Part shown: piece after piece, positions 1 through 13,129 of the stretch | Layout of the letters: each line of letters opens with the position of its first letter | Numbering within the stretch: position 1 is the first letter of the stretch | Origin: Octopus sinensis | Lineage: Eukaryota | DNA: 64,000 nt | NCBI RefSeq assembly: GCF_006345805.1 | Contig: NC_043006.1 | Span: forward strand, 124,001-188,000 | Direction: 5' to 3' | The notes under the pieces: model-generated | What the model was told of the DNA's origin: nothing | Seen by the model: only the letters and a program-made list of their open reading frames with translations | The model's database searches: none | Position numbers and translations under genes: made by a program

Positions 1-44
1 TCAATTGGCTTTTAAAATAATAAAGAATTGAGTAAAGTAACTTT

Positions 45-165
45 ATGGTTCCGGGTTCAGTTCCACTGGGTGGCACCTTGTGCAAGTGTCTTCTACTATA
101 GCCCCAGGCCGACCAAAGCCTTCTGAGTGGATTTGGTAGACGGAAACTGAAAGAAGCCCGTCGTA

Positions 166-249
<84 letters not shown>

Positions 250-462
250 CATATGTTTGTGTGTCTTTGTTTGTCCCCACAACATCGCTTGACAACCGAT
301 GCTGGTGCGTTTACGTCCCCGTAACTTAGCGGTTCGGTAAAAGGGACCGATAGAATAAGTACTAGGCTTACAAGAAATAAGTCCTGGGGTTGATTTGCTC
401 GACTAAAGGTGGTGTCCCAGCTTGGCCGTAGTCAAATGACTGAAACAAGTAAAAGAGTAGAG
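45..462 (+). mobile_element. SINE family A (tRNA-headed, internal TA/TG microsatellite), 5'-truncated
   Basis: Matches full copies at 22692 and 49579: ggttccgggttcag (B-box-like), ccttgggcaagtgtctt core, 3' end ...cagtcaaatgactgaaacaagtaaaagag. Confidence 0.9.
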
Positions 463-559
463 GTACCTGTATTTATTGAAATTTTCAAGATTTGTATTTG
501 GAATTTATGTTAAGAATATAACGCAATTGTTTCATTGTTACTAACCAACAAACAAATAA

Positions 560-653
560 TTTATTTCAAAACTGTATATATGCATATATGGGATTCACAG
601 GTGATAAGATAGTTCTCAAGGGATCAACAAGTAAAATAAGGTTGGGAACCCCT
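560..653. mobile_element. hAT-like DNA transposon terminus (fragment)
   Basis: Ends aaggttgggaacccctg, reverse complement of a CAGGGGTTCCCAAC hAT-type TIR; partner end not found. Confidence 0.45.
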
Positions 654-743
654 GATTTAGATCAATTTAATTTGTGCATTTCTTTCATATTCTCCCTCGT
701 TTCCTTTTAATTCTTCAACATTCTCTTCCTTTTCTCCCCCCCC

Positions 744-804
<61 letters not shown>

Positions 805-1328
805 CTTTTCACACTTCACCTTTTACCTTCTTCCTGTCGGTTTTATATATCCCTTCATTCTACGTCTTTTCTTTTAACGCAATCAGCCGGCCGGCCAGCC
901 AGCCAGCCAGCCTGCCGGCCAGTCAGTCAGTCAGGCGCTCAGAATGCACCCGTTCACCTGTTTATATCTCCCCCGCCCTTACTTCCGCCAAGTTGGTCAA
1001 CAACGTAAATACGTACATTTGGCATGGGATGTCAGCGTGGATCTAAAGGTAAAAAAAAGCAACTGAAGTGATACGCAGTTCTTCATCTAAGGGCCAGACA
1101 GTTTGTCTTCGAGAATCTTATAATGATGCCAGCAAGTGCAAGTGTGGCATCTTGCCTGCGACCAAACTAGAATTTCTTAATCTAAATAGCATTGCCAATC
1201 AAGCTTAGTTGTAATGGTGGTGGTGGTAGTGGTGGGAGTGGGTACTGCTCTAAGTGGCGACTTAGTTATCATGAGACTTTAAAGATTTACAGAAGGCGTC
1301 GTCAACTTATTGTTTTTCCAAAAATTAT

Positions 1329-1558
1329 GTTTCTTTATTACCCACAAGGGGCTAAACACGGAGAGGACAAACAAAGCTAGACAAACGGATTAAGTCGATT
1401 ACATCGACCCCAGTGCGTAACTGGTACTTAATTTATCGACCCCGAAAGGATGAAAGGCAAAGTCGACCTCGGCGGAATTTGAACTCAGAACGTAACGGCA
1501 GACGAAATACGGCTACGCATTTCGCCCGGCGTGCTAAAGTTTCTGCCAGCTCGCCGCC
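1329..1558 (-). mobile_element. SINE family B (tRNA-headed, Nin/Deu-like core), full length, tail type 1
   Basis: Reverse complement of ggcggcgagctggcaga...gcctttcatcctttcggggtcgataaattaagtacc; TSD ttttccaaaa(a/g)ttat at 1314-1328 and 1562-1576. Confidence 0.9.
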
Positions 1559-2718
1559 CTCTTTTCCAAAAGTTATCAAGACCAAGAGAAAAGCTCTCAG
1601 CGAACAGACTCTTCGACACGATTCTGGTTTGAAACAAATTCACTTCACTTCACGCTACTAATGATCTGGGAATGATAGATACAAACATCACGGCTTTCTT
1701 TTTTTCCTTTATCAAATTCATAACAAGCACTAGAGAGCAACAAATTAGCTCTCAATAAAGTGAGTCCGTGATACGGTTTCAATTTCTAATCAAAACTATT
1801 TCGTTTCACCCAACGGCAACTGGTCTATTTTACATTCGAATCTGCCGGAACGTATTAAGAACGAATATGTACTTCATTGCTTTGATTTTCACTCTACTGC
1901 GTGCACGTGACGATATATTATCGGTTAGACAGGCATCAACACGCACCAGCAAATATTTATTTGCAGAATTCTACAAACAAGAGCCAACGTTATTGTTTAG
2001 TTTCATTGATCTGGAGGTGGCTTAGAGAGGTCGAAACACCGCAGTGTCTCAAAGTCCCTTCATGTCAAGGAATCGAGTGTGTTGCTCACACAAAACAGGT
2101 GAAAAGAGTTGTTCTTCGAAATCGGAATACACCAGCGAAAAACATATTCACATTGGAATCTATCGGAAAAGCATTAAGAATTGTGGGGTGGAGGGAGCAA
2201 AATGAGGGGGTTTTACTGTATTTTTTGGCTTTCAGTCAAAATATATATTTTACAAATGTTTACTTCCTTACAAAAACTATATCAGCTAAACAAATGGTCT
2301 TCCCTAAATGCATTAAAAGTATTATAACGTAATTTGATGGTTGTTGCAGAAAATTATCGCCTTTCTCTTTGAGTATATAAAAGACATATAAAAGGCTGGG
2401 GCAAAATGAGTAAGCCAAGATAAGTTAAATTTGCCGCTTCAGTTCTCCAGAAAACTATCTTTAGACACCAGAAAGATCAGAAATGCAACCAAAAAAAGAA
2501 AATAATAATAATATCAAGGTCAAATGAAGGAGGGTCAGGAAAAAATGGCACATATGAAATCAACGAAATTCAACTAAATAAATAATAAAACTCCACATAA
2601 AATATTCCCTATAGTTTCTTCACGATCTTCTGGGGGATCTCTCTTCGTGATATATTACGTTCCGTGCAGTTTAAGTAAATAATTTTTATAATAATATATA
2701 TATTTATAATAAGAGTAG

Positions 2719-2753
<35 letters not shown>

Positions 2754-2843
2754 TATATATATATATTAATATATATATATATTATATATATAATGAATAA
2801 ATGAAAGAATGGAGTCGACGAAGATGTTAACAAAATTCCTTTA

Positions 2844-2923
2844 CTCTCGACATATGTTTCGAAGACACATTTTTCATTCCAAAGGAATGAAGGGTGCATT
2901 ATGCAGTCTTCTCATCAGGAAAG
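2844..2923 (-). ncRNA. Type-I hammerhead ribozyme motif (family HH1) in a Penelope-like terminal repeat
   Basis: Minus strand: ctttc CTGATGA gaagac...gtcttc GAAA catatg TC gagag; intact core, 6-bp stem II, palindromic stem III ACATATGT, GUC site. Confidence 0.85.
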
Positions 2924-3063
2924 AAAGGGACCTCTCTCGACACAACAAGACAAACAAAAATTTCGATGACTGCCTACATGGTAAACAAAACGATAATGAG
3001 TTGTTCAATATTCATATATATATATTATAATATATATATATATATAATATATATATTAACGCA

Positions 3064-3447
3064 TGCTTACCAACCACATGGTTCTGGTTCAGTCCCACTT
3101 CGTGGAACCTTGGGCAAGTGTCTTCTACTATAGCCTCGGGCCGACCAAAGCCTTGTGAGTGGATTTGGTAGATGGAAACTGAGAGAAGTCTGTCGTATAC
3201 ATGTATATATATGTTTACGTGTGTGTATGTGTTTGTGTCTGTGTCTGTCCCCCCAACATCGCTTGACAACCGACTCTGGTGTGTTTACGTCCCCGTAACT
3301 TAGTGGTTCGGCAAAAGAGACTGATAGAATAAGTACTAGGCTTCCAAAGAATAAGTCCTGGGGTCGATTTGGTCGACTAAAGGTGGTGCTCCAGCATGGC
3401 GGCAGTCAGATGACTGAAACAAGTAAAAGTGTAAAAGAGTAAAGAGT
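3064..3447 (+). mobile_element. SINE family A, slightly 5'-truncated
   Basis: Colinear with 22692-23090. Confidence 0.9.
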
Positions 3448-3768
3448 CCACACACATATATATAGTCGTAAGACACCCGCTGTTTTTGTCCTGTTATTAC
3501 TATTATTGTTTTTTGTATTTATATTCGTGTGGCATTGTCCGTTTTTCTGTCCGTTTCGTATACATTCGATCCTTCTTCCAAGAAATCTAATGCTCGTAGC
3601 TTAGTTTTTCCTTGGGGCTGGCCGGATCGGAGCGATCTTAAGATTAATCAGCCGAAATTGCGAGGATGATCCGGTTCTTGACTGAAGATTGAAGGCTTTG
3701 AATGTCCCGTCCGTGTTTTTTGTATCGTCTTCTAAATGTTTTACGTTCTTGTCCCAGTTTGTATTTTT

Positions 3769-3801
<33 letters not shown>

Positions 3802-3951
3802 TTGAAATGGATAAATGAATTATCTTGTTACGGATTATCCCCCTGACGTCAACGCACATTGAGAGACAGTTTGTGCCATTCCATGGGCTCCTAAGGAGCG
3901 TTTTCTTCGAATTGCTTGCTGCGCATTTGTTTGGAGATTTAAATTCCTGGA

Positions 3952-4034
3952 TTTTCCTGAAGAGAAAGCTGCAAAATGGTCTCCTTATTCATCCGAATTT
4001 GGAAATTTGCGGCCTTTGAAACATGTGTAGAAAG
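3952..4034 (+). ncRNA. Type-I hammerhead ribozyme motif (diverged HH1)
   Basis: ttttc CTGAAGA gaaagctgcaaa...tttgcggccttt GAAA catgtg TA gaaag; downstream aataaaaggaatt...ctccatttctttc resembles the HH1 repeat; host repeat 3800-4090 lies between (TA)n tracts. Confidence 0.8.
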
Positions 4035-4090
4035 AATAAAAGGAATTCTGTAGAATCTTCGTTCAGCTCCATTTCTTTCCTTCACTAAAT

Positions 4091-4103
4091 ATATATATAT
4101 ATA

Positions 4104-4181
<78 letters not shown>

Positions 4182-4358
4182 GGTGTGTGTGTGTGTGTTA
4201 TATGTACGTGCGTATGTTTGTATGCATGCATACATCACATATGTATGTACACACACATATATATATCTATATAATTATGTATGTATATATGTATGTATAT
4301 ATATACACATACATACAAACATATGTATGTATGTGTATGTGTGTGTGTGTGTGTGTGT

Positions 4359-4397
<39 letters not shown>

Positions 4398-4430
4398 ATA
4401 CATACCAACATACATATACATAAATATATA
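4091..4430. repeat. (TA)n/(TG)n compound microsatellite
   Basis: Seen directly. Confidence 0.95.
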
Positions 4431-5677
4431 TCAGAAGCGACACCAAGTCATCAGCGTCACTCGGGCTCATCACAGATTTCACATAAAACATGCCTGCTCG
4501 AAGAATTTCACGTTTCTCCGCAATATTTCTAACCCAAAATGGCGAGTCGTGTTCTGTCCTCACCTTCGAAACACGCTGGAGTTAAACTAGGGACAGCTGA
4601 TGAAGGGGATTTTTCCTTGTGTAGTTTGTCTAGTACTCTGTTTTTCTTTGTAAAAAAGGTTCGTTCCATGCTTGTTTTTTACGTTTTCGTTCTCGTTGAG
4701 TTGTGCGTCTATTTGTGGTGTCCTGTACTCACTTATATATTTATATATGCATGTATATATACATGTAGATGTAGGTACGTACATATATGTATGTATGTAT
4801 GTATGCATATATTTTATTATTACATTATTGTATGACTGGGCCTTTCGGGCGATTCGCGTCGATTCGATTCGATTCGTTCCGTTTCGTTTCGTTTCTTCTT
4901 CTTCTCCCAGTACAGTTTATATATATATAGCACTATGTCTTTCTCCTTTTTTAAGTCAAGAGTAAAAATAAGGCAACCCTGCAATACACAACTGATCTTT
5001 ACACACAGACGCACAGAATAACAACAATCAAATAACGACAGCGGAGTGCACAACAGATATCAGGCGAATTCCGACTGTACTCTTGACAAGAGATGCCAGT
5101 TGGTCTTTTACACGTACCAGGATCGTTCGTATTAGCCCGAGTTGCTGGATAATTTTTCGTTCCTTTAAGAATATTGTAGAATGGAAACTTTTCATAGGCT
5201 GGAATTTAAATCCTGTTCTCTATAGAAATTTATTGATTCTAGAAAACATTGAATATGAATTACTTTTAATTTTTACAATTATAGATAACGACTCGGTCTG
5301 TAACTTCTGAGCCCGAGTCAGGCGCGTGTGAAAAATGTCGAGAGAACGTCTGTTACGAATGATATTTTTTTGATACAGGGTACCTCCAAGACGACCGCCA
5401 CACGCTGAACGAAAACAAACGGCGATCCGGCTCAATAAAAGGTGCCCGAGTTATTGGCTGAAATTAAATCAGCTTCCAAATACATGTTCACTTTACTAGA
5501 TTTATACTCGGAATAAACCCGAATTGCCTTAGTGCCAGAGTCGCACATATGTATATATATGTATAAATATATCTCATATATATATGTATATTATATATAT
5601 ATAGATATAGATATATATATATATATATAGGCGTGTGTGTGTGTGTGTGTGTGTTTACATATATGTAGATGTGGTGT

Positions 5678-5721
<44 letters not shown>

Positions 5722-5774
5722 CGTGGCGATTTTTTTCCTCCGTCTTCCCTTCTCTGGATCTTTCCTTTTCCTAT

Positions 5775-5809
5775 GTTTCTGACGAAGATCTCCGCTCGAA
5801 ACGTTAAAC
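5775..5809 (+). ncRNA. Minimal hammerhead motif (family HH2)
   Basis: gttt CTGACGA a gatc-tcc-gctc GAAA cg TT aaac; host repeat 5720-5895 sits between (TA)n tracts and recurs at 44900-45100 (-) and 22403-22555 (+). Confidence 0.7.
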
Positions 5810-5911
5810 CCTCCTTCTTCCTTCCTGAGCGTCCAATTTGTTTCCACGTCCTCGCGGTTGTTTTTCTCTTTGTGGTTTCAGGTTGGATTAACTGTATATA
5901 TATATATAATA

Positions 5912-5949
<38 letters not shown>

Positions 5950-6048
5950 ATATATATATATGTATAGTATGAAACAATTGTACTAAACTACCGATCCATT
6001 CTTGTTGGCTTATTTTTGGGTTATATATATATATATATGTATGTATAT

Positions 6049-6099
<51 letters not shown>

Positions 6100-6110
6100 T
6101 TATATATATA

Positions 6111-6360
6111 TTTATAAAATTTATGAATAAATGAAAGAATGGAGTGAACGACAAATAACAAATTTCGTTTATTTTCGACAAATAAGGAAGGAATTTGTTA
6201 ATTGTCGTTCAACTCCATTCTTTCATTTATTCATAAATTTATAAAAATACACCACAAATTTCCACACGAAACACGTAGTCTTGCCCTAGGCACGTAACTT
6301 CAACCATGTTATTTCTGATGTGAATTGCTACCCAGGTATCGGTTAAACGAATTATCCATA
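6111..6360 (+). mobile_element. Penelope-like terminal repeat remnant (HH1 family): short foldback 6111-6247 plus 3' extension
   Basis: atgaataaatgaaagaatggag...ctccattctttcatttattcat inverted pair; extension ending ggtatcggttaaacgaattatcc also seen at 20485-20595 and 42062-42170. Confidence 0.7.
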
Positions 6361-6388
6361 AAAAATATATTTCATTTTTTCTCAAATA

Positions 6389-6436
<48 letters not shown>

Positions 6437-7044
6437 TATATATATAATATAATAAAATAAATATAACTATACATGACTTTAATGAAACTTTCCTTCCCGC
6501 GAAAATCAAATTAAATAAAATTAGAGATTTTTTTGCGGAGGGGTAAAAATGGTAACAAAAACAGGACAGTAACGACAGTACAAAATATAAACAGTAAAAG
6601 ACAGGACAAGGAGAATAGCAGTAACACAAACAAGAAGGGCTGTTAAGCCAAACGAGATAAAAATGTTTACGAACGCTATTTTTTGAGAACGGCGAGGGAG
6701 CAACAGATGTGCCGTCTCTACTTGAAGGAAGCCAGGAGAAGAAAGACAGTAGTAGCCTTCTCATCACATGACCGCGACGGGAGGGAGGAGGAGGAGTAAG
6801 AGAAAGGGAGAGAAAACAGGGAATGGTTGTAGAGAAAAGAATGAAGAATGAGAGACAGTAAGGTAGAAGAAAAGGAAAGCCAAAAGAATGAAGGCTGAGA
6901 AAGGGAGGGGGAGAGAAAGGTTAAGAGTGCGCATCATTATTAATATTAAGAACAATCTTACTTGGAAATGGATGCGTGCGTTCCGTCATATAATAAATTA
7001 ATAAATAAATATACATGACTTTAATGAAACTTTCGCATGCATGT

Positions 7045-7743
7045 GACCAAGATGGTGGCACTGTGCAGGCAAATGGCTGCATAGATTCTGAGAACCTTCA
7101 GAACAAGGGACCAGGAAACTATGCTGGTCCTATGGAGACCATTTGTCCTCAGCCGTCTGGACTACTGCTCTCAACTATGGTCACCCTGCACCGTATGATT
7201 AATAGCGGTTCAGAGATGCTACACGAGGAAAATTGCATCAATGGAACAGCTGAGCTATTGGGAGAGACTGAAAGAACTACGGCTCTACTCCCTGAAGCGA
7301 AGGCGGGAGAGGTACGCAGGGATATATGTATGGGAGATACTGGAGGGGTTGGCACCAAACTTTGGAATTGAGAGTTATACCAGACCTCGAAATGGACGTT
7401 ATTGCACTGTTCCAAAAGCCCCAGCAGTCTCATCTAGCGCGAGGACCATGTACTGCAATAGCTTGGGATTCAAGAGCCCACAGCAATTTAACTCCTTTCT
7501 AAAATATCTGAGGGACCTCAATGGTGTGGGAGGAGATACTTTCAAGAAACAACTGGACCTCTTACTATCTAAGATCCCAGATGACCCAGTATCAAGGCAG
7601 GAAACTCAAAAGAGGGCAGCGATATCGAACTTCTTTCACCAGAAGCCAAACCCATATAATTGGCCAATTAAAGGGTGATTACAATGGCGGTGCCCCAGCA
7701 TGGCCGCAACCTTAAGGCTGAAACATATAAAAGAATAAAAGAA
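7045..7743 (+). mobile_element. CR1-like LINE, 5'-truncated: ORF2 C-terminus and 3' tail
   Basis: ILRTFRTRDQETMLVLWRPFVLSRLDYCSQLWSP then LSYWERLKELRLYSLKRRRERY...FKKQLDLLLSKIPDDP, typical of the post-RT region of CR1-group ORF2; stops and frameshifts present. Confidence 0.85.
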
Positions 7744-7920
7744 GATAGATATATATATATATGGATGTATACATACATACAATATGTGTGTGTGTGTGTG
7801 CGTGTGTGTGTATACATACATACATGTATGTATGTATGTATGTATGTATGTATGTATGTATGTATGTATGTATGTATGTATGTATGTATGTATGTATGTA
7901 GATATGTATGTATATATATA

Positions 7921-8251
7921 GGCGCAGGAGTGACTGTGTAGTAAGTAGCTTGCTTACCAACTACATGGTTCCGGGTTCAGTCCCACTGCGTGGTACAAGC
8001 TTTGTGAGTGGATTTGGTAGACGGACACTGAAAGAAGACCGTTGTATATATGTATATGCATATATATGTGTGTGAGTGTTTGTGTATCTGTGTCCCCGCT
8101 AACATCACTTGACAACCGATGGTAGTGTGTTTACGTCGCCGTAACTTAGCGGTTCGGCAAAAGAGTCCGATAGAATAAGTGCTGGGCTTACAAAGAATAA
8201 GTCCTGGGGTGACTGAAACAAGTAAAAGAGTAAAAGAGAAAAGAGTAAGAG
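7921..8251 (+). mobile_element. SINE family A with internal deletions
   Basis: Head ggcgcaggagtgactgtgtagtaag; tail gactgaaacaagtaaaagag. Confidence 0.85.
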
Positions 8252-8597
8252 TATATATATATATATGTATATATATAATATATATATATATATAATATAT
8301 ATATATATACATATATGTGTTTGTGTGTGTGTGTAAATGTATATATATATGTTTATGATGTATGTATATGCATACTCATATAAATACATTCAAGTACACA
8401 AATGTCTCTGTGTGTGGGTGCGCACGTGTGTGAGCCTGTTTGTGTTTGCCTCCTACCGCTTGACGACCGGTATTAGTTTGTTTACGTCCCCTTAACCTAG
8501 TGGTTCAGTAAAAATAATAAAATGTAAAACTTTTCAAAGCGGTACCTCAGTATAGCTGCACCCCATTGACTGGAACAGGTAAAATGGGTATACAGAT

Positions 8598-9056
8598 ATG
8601 CACACACACACACACACACACACCACACACACATACCCATACACACACAGACACACACACAAGCGCGTGCATACACGCACGCATACGCATACACGCGTAC
8701 ACATACCAGCACGCAATGAAACATACAATCATAAACGTGCACACACACACACACACATGTACACATACAAATGTATGCCCGAACACCCTAGTACTCACAC
8801 ACGCACACACGCACGCAAACGCGCACACATACATTCACACATACAAACACACACAGACGTACATACACACAGTCACTCATACAAATTGACACACACGCAC
8901 ACATGCGCACATTTAACCTGCTCAGAATCATACATACACACACACACACGTACACACACGCAAGCACACACACATACATATACAAATTCATGCACAAACA
9001 CACGTGTACACACACACACACACATGCATATAACCATACATATACACACACGCGGC

Positions 9057-9088
<32 letters not shown>

Positions 9089-9372
9089 CACACACACACT
9101 CACACACACACTCACACACACACACTCACACACGCACACACTCACACACACACATACACACAGACTCACACTCACACACACTCACACACACACACACACA
9201 CACATGCATATAAACATACATATACACACACGCGGCCACACACACACACACACTCACACACACACTCACACACACATACACACACACTCACACTCACACA
9301 CACACACACACACATGCATATAAATATACATATACATACACACACTTACACTCACACACACACACACACACT
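8598..9372. repeat. Long degenerate (CA)n array
   Basis: Seen directly; source of the His/Thr and Cys/Val ORFs. Confidence 0.95.
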
Positions 9373-9702
9373 TTACTACTCCTAGTAATGTTTCGAGCGG
9401 TTCCACCCTAAGCTTCTACACCCATCCTAAGACTTGAACCCTGCCAAAAAAAAAAAAATCCCGCCCACCCCTCTATTTCCCCTTTGGCACCCAGCCCCTC
9501 ACTCAGCCTTCCACCCCACCCACACACCCTCACCAAATCTGACACGTCCCACCAAGCAACACCCATCCAGAGTAAACTGCAACTGTCGTCAAAGGCTTTG
9601 ATGACTCACTTTCATTCATAAAAAACATACATTTATCGGACAGTGTTGAACGTGGCGGCGGCGGCGGCGGCGGTGGTGGTGGTGGTAGCGGTGATGGCAG
9701 TC

Positions 9703-9747
<45 letters not shown>

Positions 9748-9959
9748 ATGGTGGTAGCAGCATACTAAGGAGTGATGAGAGCAAAGTAGGAGGGTCAGTA
9801 ATGAAATTGTGGGTGTGCTATTCGGAAGTGTGCTTCCTGGATGTGTCAATGAATACGGCTATAGTGGTGGTGGTGGTGGTGAGGTGGTGGGGTGGGTGGG
9901 GTAGCGGTGATTGGGGGGGGGGGGGTAAAGTTGTTGAAGTGGCGAGTAGAACGTAAGAT

Positions 9960-10115
9960 ACACAGAGACAGACAGACAGACAGATAGACAGATAGACAGA
10001 CAGATAGATGGATAGACAGATAGACAGATAGACAGACAGATAGATGGATAGACAGATAGATAGATAGATTGGTAGACTGATGGATAGATCGATAGATAGA
10101 TCGATGGATAGATAT
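9960..10115. repeat. (GATA/GACA)n microsatellite
   Basis: Seen directly. Confidence 0.95.
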
Positions 10116-10157
10116 TTAAATGAATTAAATTAATTAGATACTGTTACAGAGAGATAT

Positions 10158-10383
10158 ACTCTCTTTTTTCTCTCTTTTACTTGTTTCAGTCATCTGACTG
10201 CGGCCATGCTGGAGCACCGCCCTTTAGTCGAGCAAATCGACCCCAGGACTTATTCTTTGGAAGCCTAGTACTTATCTTGTCGGTCTCTTTTGCCGAACCG
10301 CTAAGTTACGGGGACGTAAACACACCAGCATCGGTTGTGAAGCGATGTTGGGGGGACAAATACAGACACACAAACATATACAT

Positions 10384-10419
<36 letters not shown>

Positions 10420-10573
10420 GACGGGCTTCTTTCAGTTTCCGTGTACCAAATCCACTCACAAGGCTTTGGTCGGCCCGAGGTTATAGTAGAAGACACTTGC
10501 CCAAGGTGCCACGCAGTGGGGCTGAACCCAGAACCATGTGGCTCGTTAAGCAAGCTACTTACCACGCAACCAC
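10158..10573 (-). mobile_element. SINE family A
   Basis: Reverse complement of family A. Confidence 0.9.
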
Positions 10574-10623
10574 AATGCACAAACAAATACATACATACAT
10601 ACATACATACATACATACATACA

Positions 10624-10657
<34 letters not shown>

Positions 10658-10868
10658 CATACATACAATATATTAAGGTCCAGGTGAATAAGGCACTAAA
10701 ATGGTAAGTCACCGGGTCAGGTCGGGACGAATACAAACATTGGTACCGAAATACAGGCAGAAAGATATTCAGGTTATGTACCCCACTGGGGGCATTACTA
10801 GCCTTTGAGCTAATCCAGAAACGCAGATTGTATTGAATAAGCGGTCCATGATATACTACGGAACATAC

Positions 10869-11033
10869 GATGGATAGGTGTCAATTCATTACAGCTGATT
10901 CCAATGAATTTTTTTGACTGATTAATGGGTACATTAATCATTTTTATCAGTTTTTATAATGATACTATGCACCCATTAATTAATTTTTTAAAATTGGTTG
11001 GAAACAGCTGTAATGAATTGACATCTAGCCATC
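10869..11033. repeat. Imperfect foldback with hammerhead half-motif
   Basis: gatggataggtgtcaattcattacagctg ... GAAAcagctgTAatgaattgacatctagccatc; the CTGANGA half is not recognisable. Confidence 0.6.
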
Positions 11034-11191
11034 GTTTTGTTATTCATTTATACATACATACATACATACATACATACATACATACATACATACATGCAAT
11101 CATGCATACATACATACATACATACACACATACATAGATGGAGCACGCATATTGATATGTGTAGACACACACATGTATATATATATTTATA

Positions 11192-11399
11192 TACTCTTTT
11201 ACTCTTTTACTTGTTTCAGTCATGTGACTTTGACCATGCTGGAGCACCACCTTTAGTCGAGCAAATCGACCCCCAGGATTTATTTTTTGTATGCCGAGTA
11301 CTTATTCTATCGGTCTGTTTCGCCGAACCGCTAAGTTACGGGAACGTAAACACACCAGCATCAGTTGCCAAGCGAAGTTGGGGAACAAACACACACACA

Positions 11400-11469
<70 letters not shown>

Positions 11470-11471
11470 AT

Positions 11472-11503
<32 letters not shown>

Positions 11504-11646
11504 ACATATATACGACAGGCTTCTTTCAGTTTCCGTCTACCAAATCCACTCACAAGGCTTTGTGTCGGCTTGCGCCTATAGAAGACACTTGCCCAAGGTG
11601 CTACGCAGTGGGACTGAACCCGGAACCATGTGGTTTGTAAGCAAGC

Positions 11647-11648
<2 letters not shown>
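11192..11648 (-). mobile_element. SINE family A
   Basis: Reverse complement of family A with expanded internal (CA)/(TA). Confidence 0.9.
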
Positions 11649-11711
<63 letters not shown>

Positions 11712-12808
11712 TAATGCTCAGATGACTGCATACGTGAGTATGCATATATTTGCATATATACACGCGCTCAGACATATATTTATATATAAATATAAATAAA
11801 TGAATTTTATATATATGTGTGTGTGTATATACATACTTATACATAATACTTTCATAAATACTTTTATACATACATGCATACTAAGTCAGACAGACAGACA
11901 GACATGTTGATCGATAGGGATTCGGATAAATTTCATTGCGTGTGTGTGTGTGTGTGTGTGCCTGTAAGCGTGTGTTTATATGTGTGCGCTTGCGTCTGTC
12001 CGTGTATTTGTATGTGTGTGTGTGTGTGTGTGTGCGTGTGTGTGTGCGTGTGTGTGTGCGTGTGTGTGTGCGTGTGTGCGTGTGTGTGTTCGGGTGTGCG
12101 GGCGCGAGACAGTTCTTTCACTTTGTGCATACACAAACACTTACACGTCCCACCCACACAACTTCACTGATCAACGGCACGCACCCACGCGCACACACAC
12201 CTCAACACACACACACGCACACACAGACACACGCACGCACACACGTACACACGTACACACCTCAACATATACACACACACATACACACCTCAACACACAC
12301 ACACGTTTGCAGAAGCTATATAAATAAGAGCTGGCGATATGATCGGTCGACGATTTGACGGACAAGCAAGTTTTTGGCAGCGAACCCGACATCATCCAAC
12401 GTCTAAACGTATTCGCAGGTGGGAGCCACGTTGTGGAAACTGCACACAAAACAAAAACACAAAACACACCGGCAACAAAACAACATCATCATCGTCCTAG
12501 TTAGAGTCAACAATTCTTAAGAGCCTGGTGATTAGTATCTGCTTTAATTATCATCGTAATTATCATTGCTAACATAACCCGCAACTTTGTTGAAGAGCAA
12601 CTTGAAAGCTTAACGCTGATTGTTAAGTTTGGGGCAGCGAGAAAGTGAAAGCCATTCAGGTAAAGTCACGTAAACAATTCTTTAAACTATACTTTGCTTA
12701 TCTCAGCATGTTTTAATATATATACATATCAATTAAATCGCTTTATAATTAAATTAAATTAGATCATCATCACAATCATTATCATCATCTTCATTATCAC
12801 CATCGTCG

Positions 12809-12862
<54 letters not shown>

Positions 12863-12869
12863 GTACTAC

Positions 12870-13072
12870 TACTATTATTATTATTATCATTATTGGCTTT
12901 TTTTTTTACCTCGGCTCTTTACGTTCTGAGTTCAAATTCCGCCCAGGTCGACTTTGCTTTTCATCCTTTCGGGGGTCGATAAATTAAGTACCAGTTGCAT
13001 ACTGGGATCGATCTAATCGACTGCCCCCCCCCCAAAAAAAAAATTTAGGGCCTTGTGCCTAGAGTAGAAAAG

Positions 13073-13129
<57 letters not shown>

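Noticed and set aside
43-285. Recurrent peptides such as DGLLSVSVYQIHSQGFGRPEAIVEDTCPRCH and YRPRKDERQSRPRRNLNSE
   Set aside because: Antisense translations of SINE A and SINE B, not a protein family.
3648-3700. gccGAAA...CTGAAGA...ggc as a permuted hammerhead
   Set aside because: No convincing stems I and III or cleavage triplet.
8497-9385. Long His/Thr and Cys/Val ORFs, and similar ones at 28401-29517, 44697-46654 and 51883-52559
   Set aside because: Translations of stop-free microsatellites, open in several frames on both strands.
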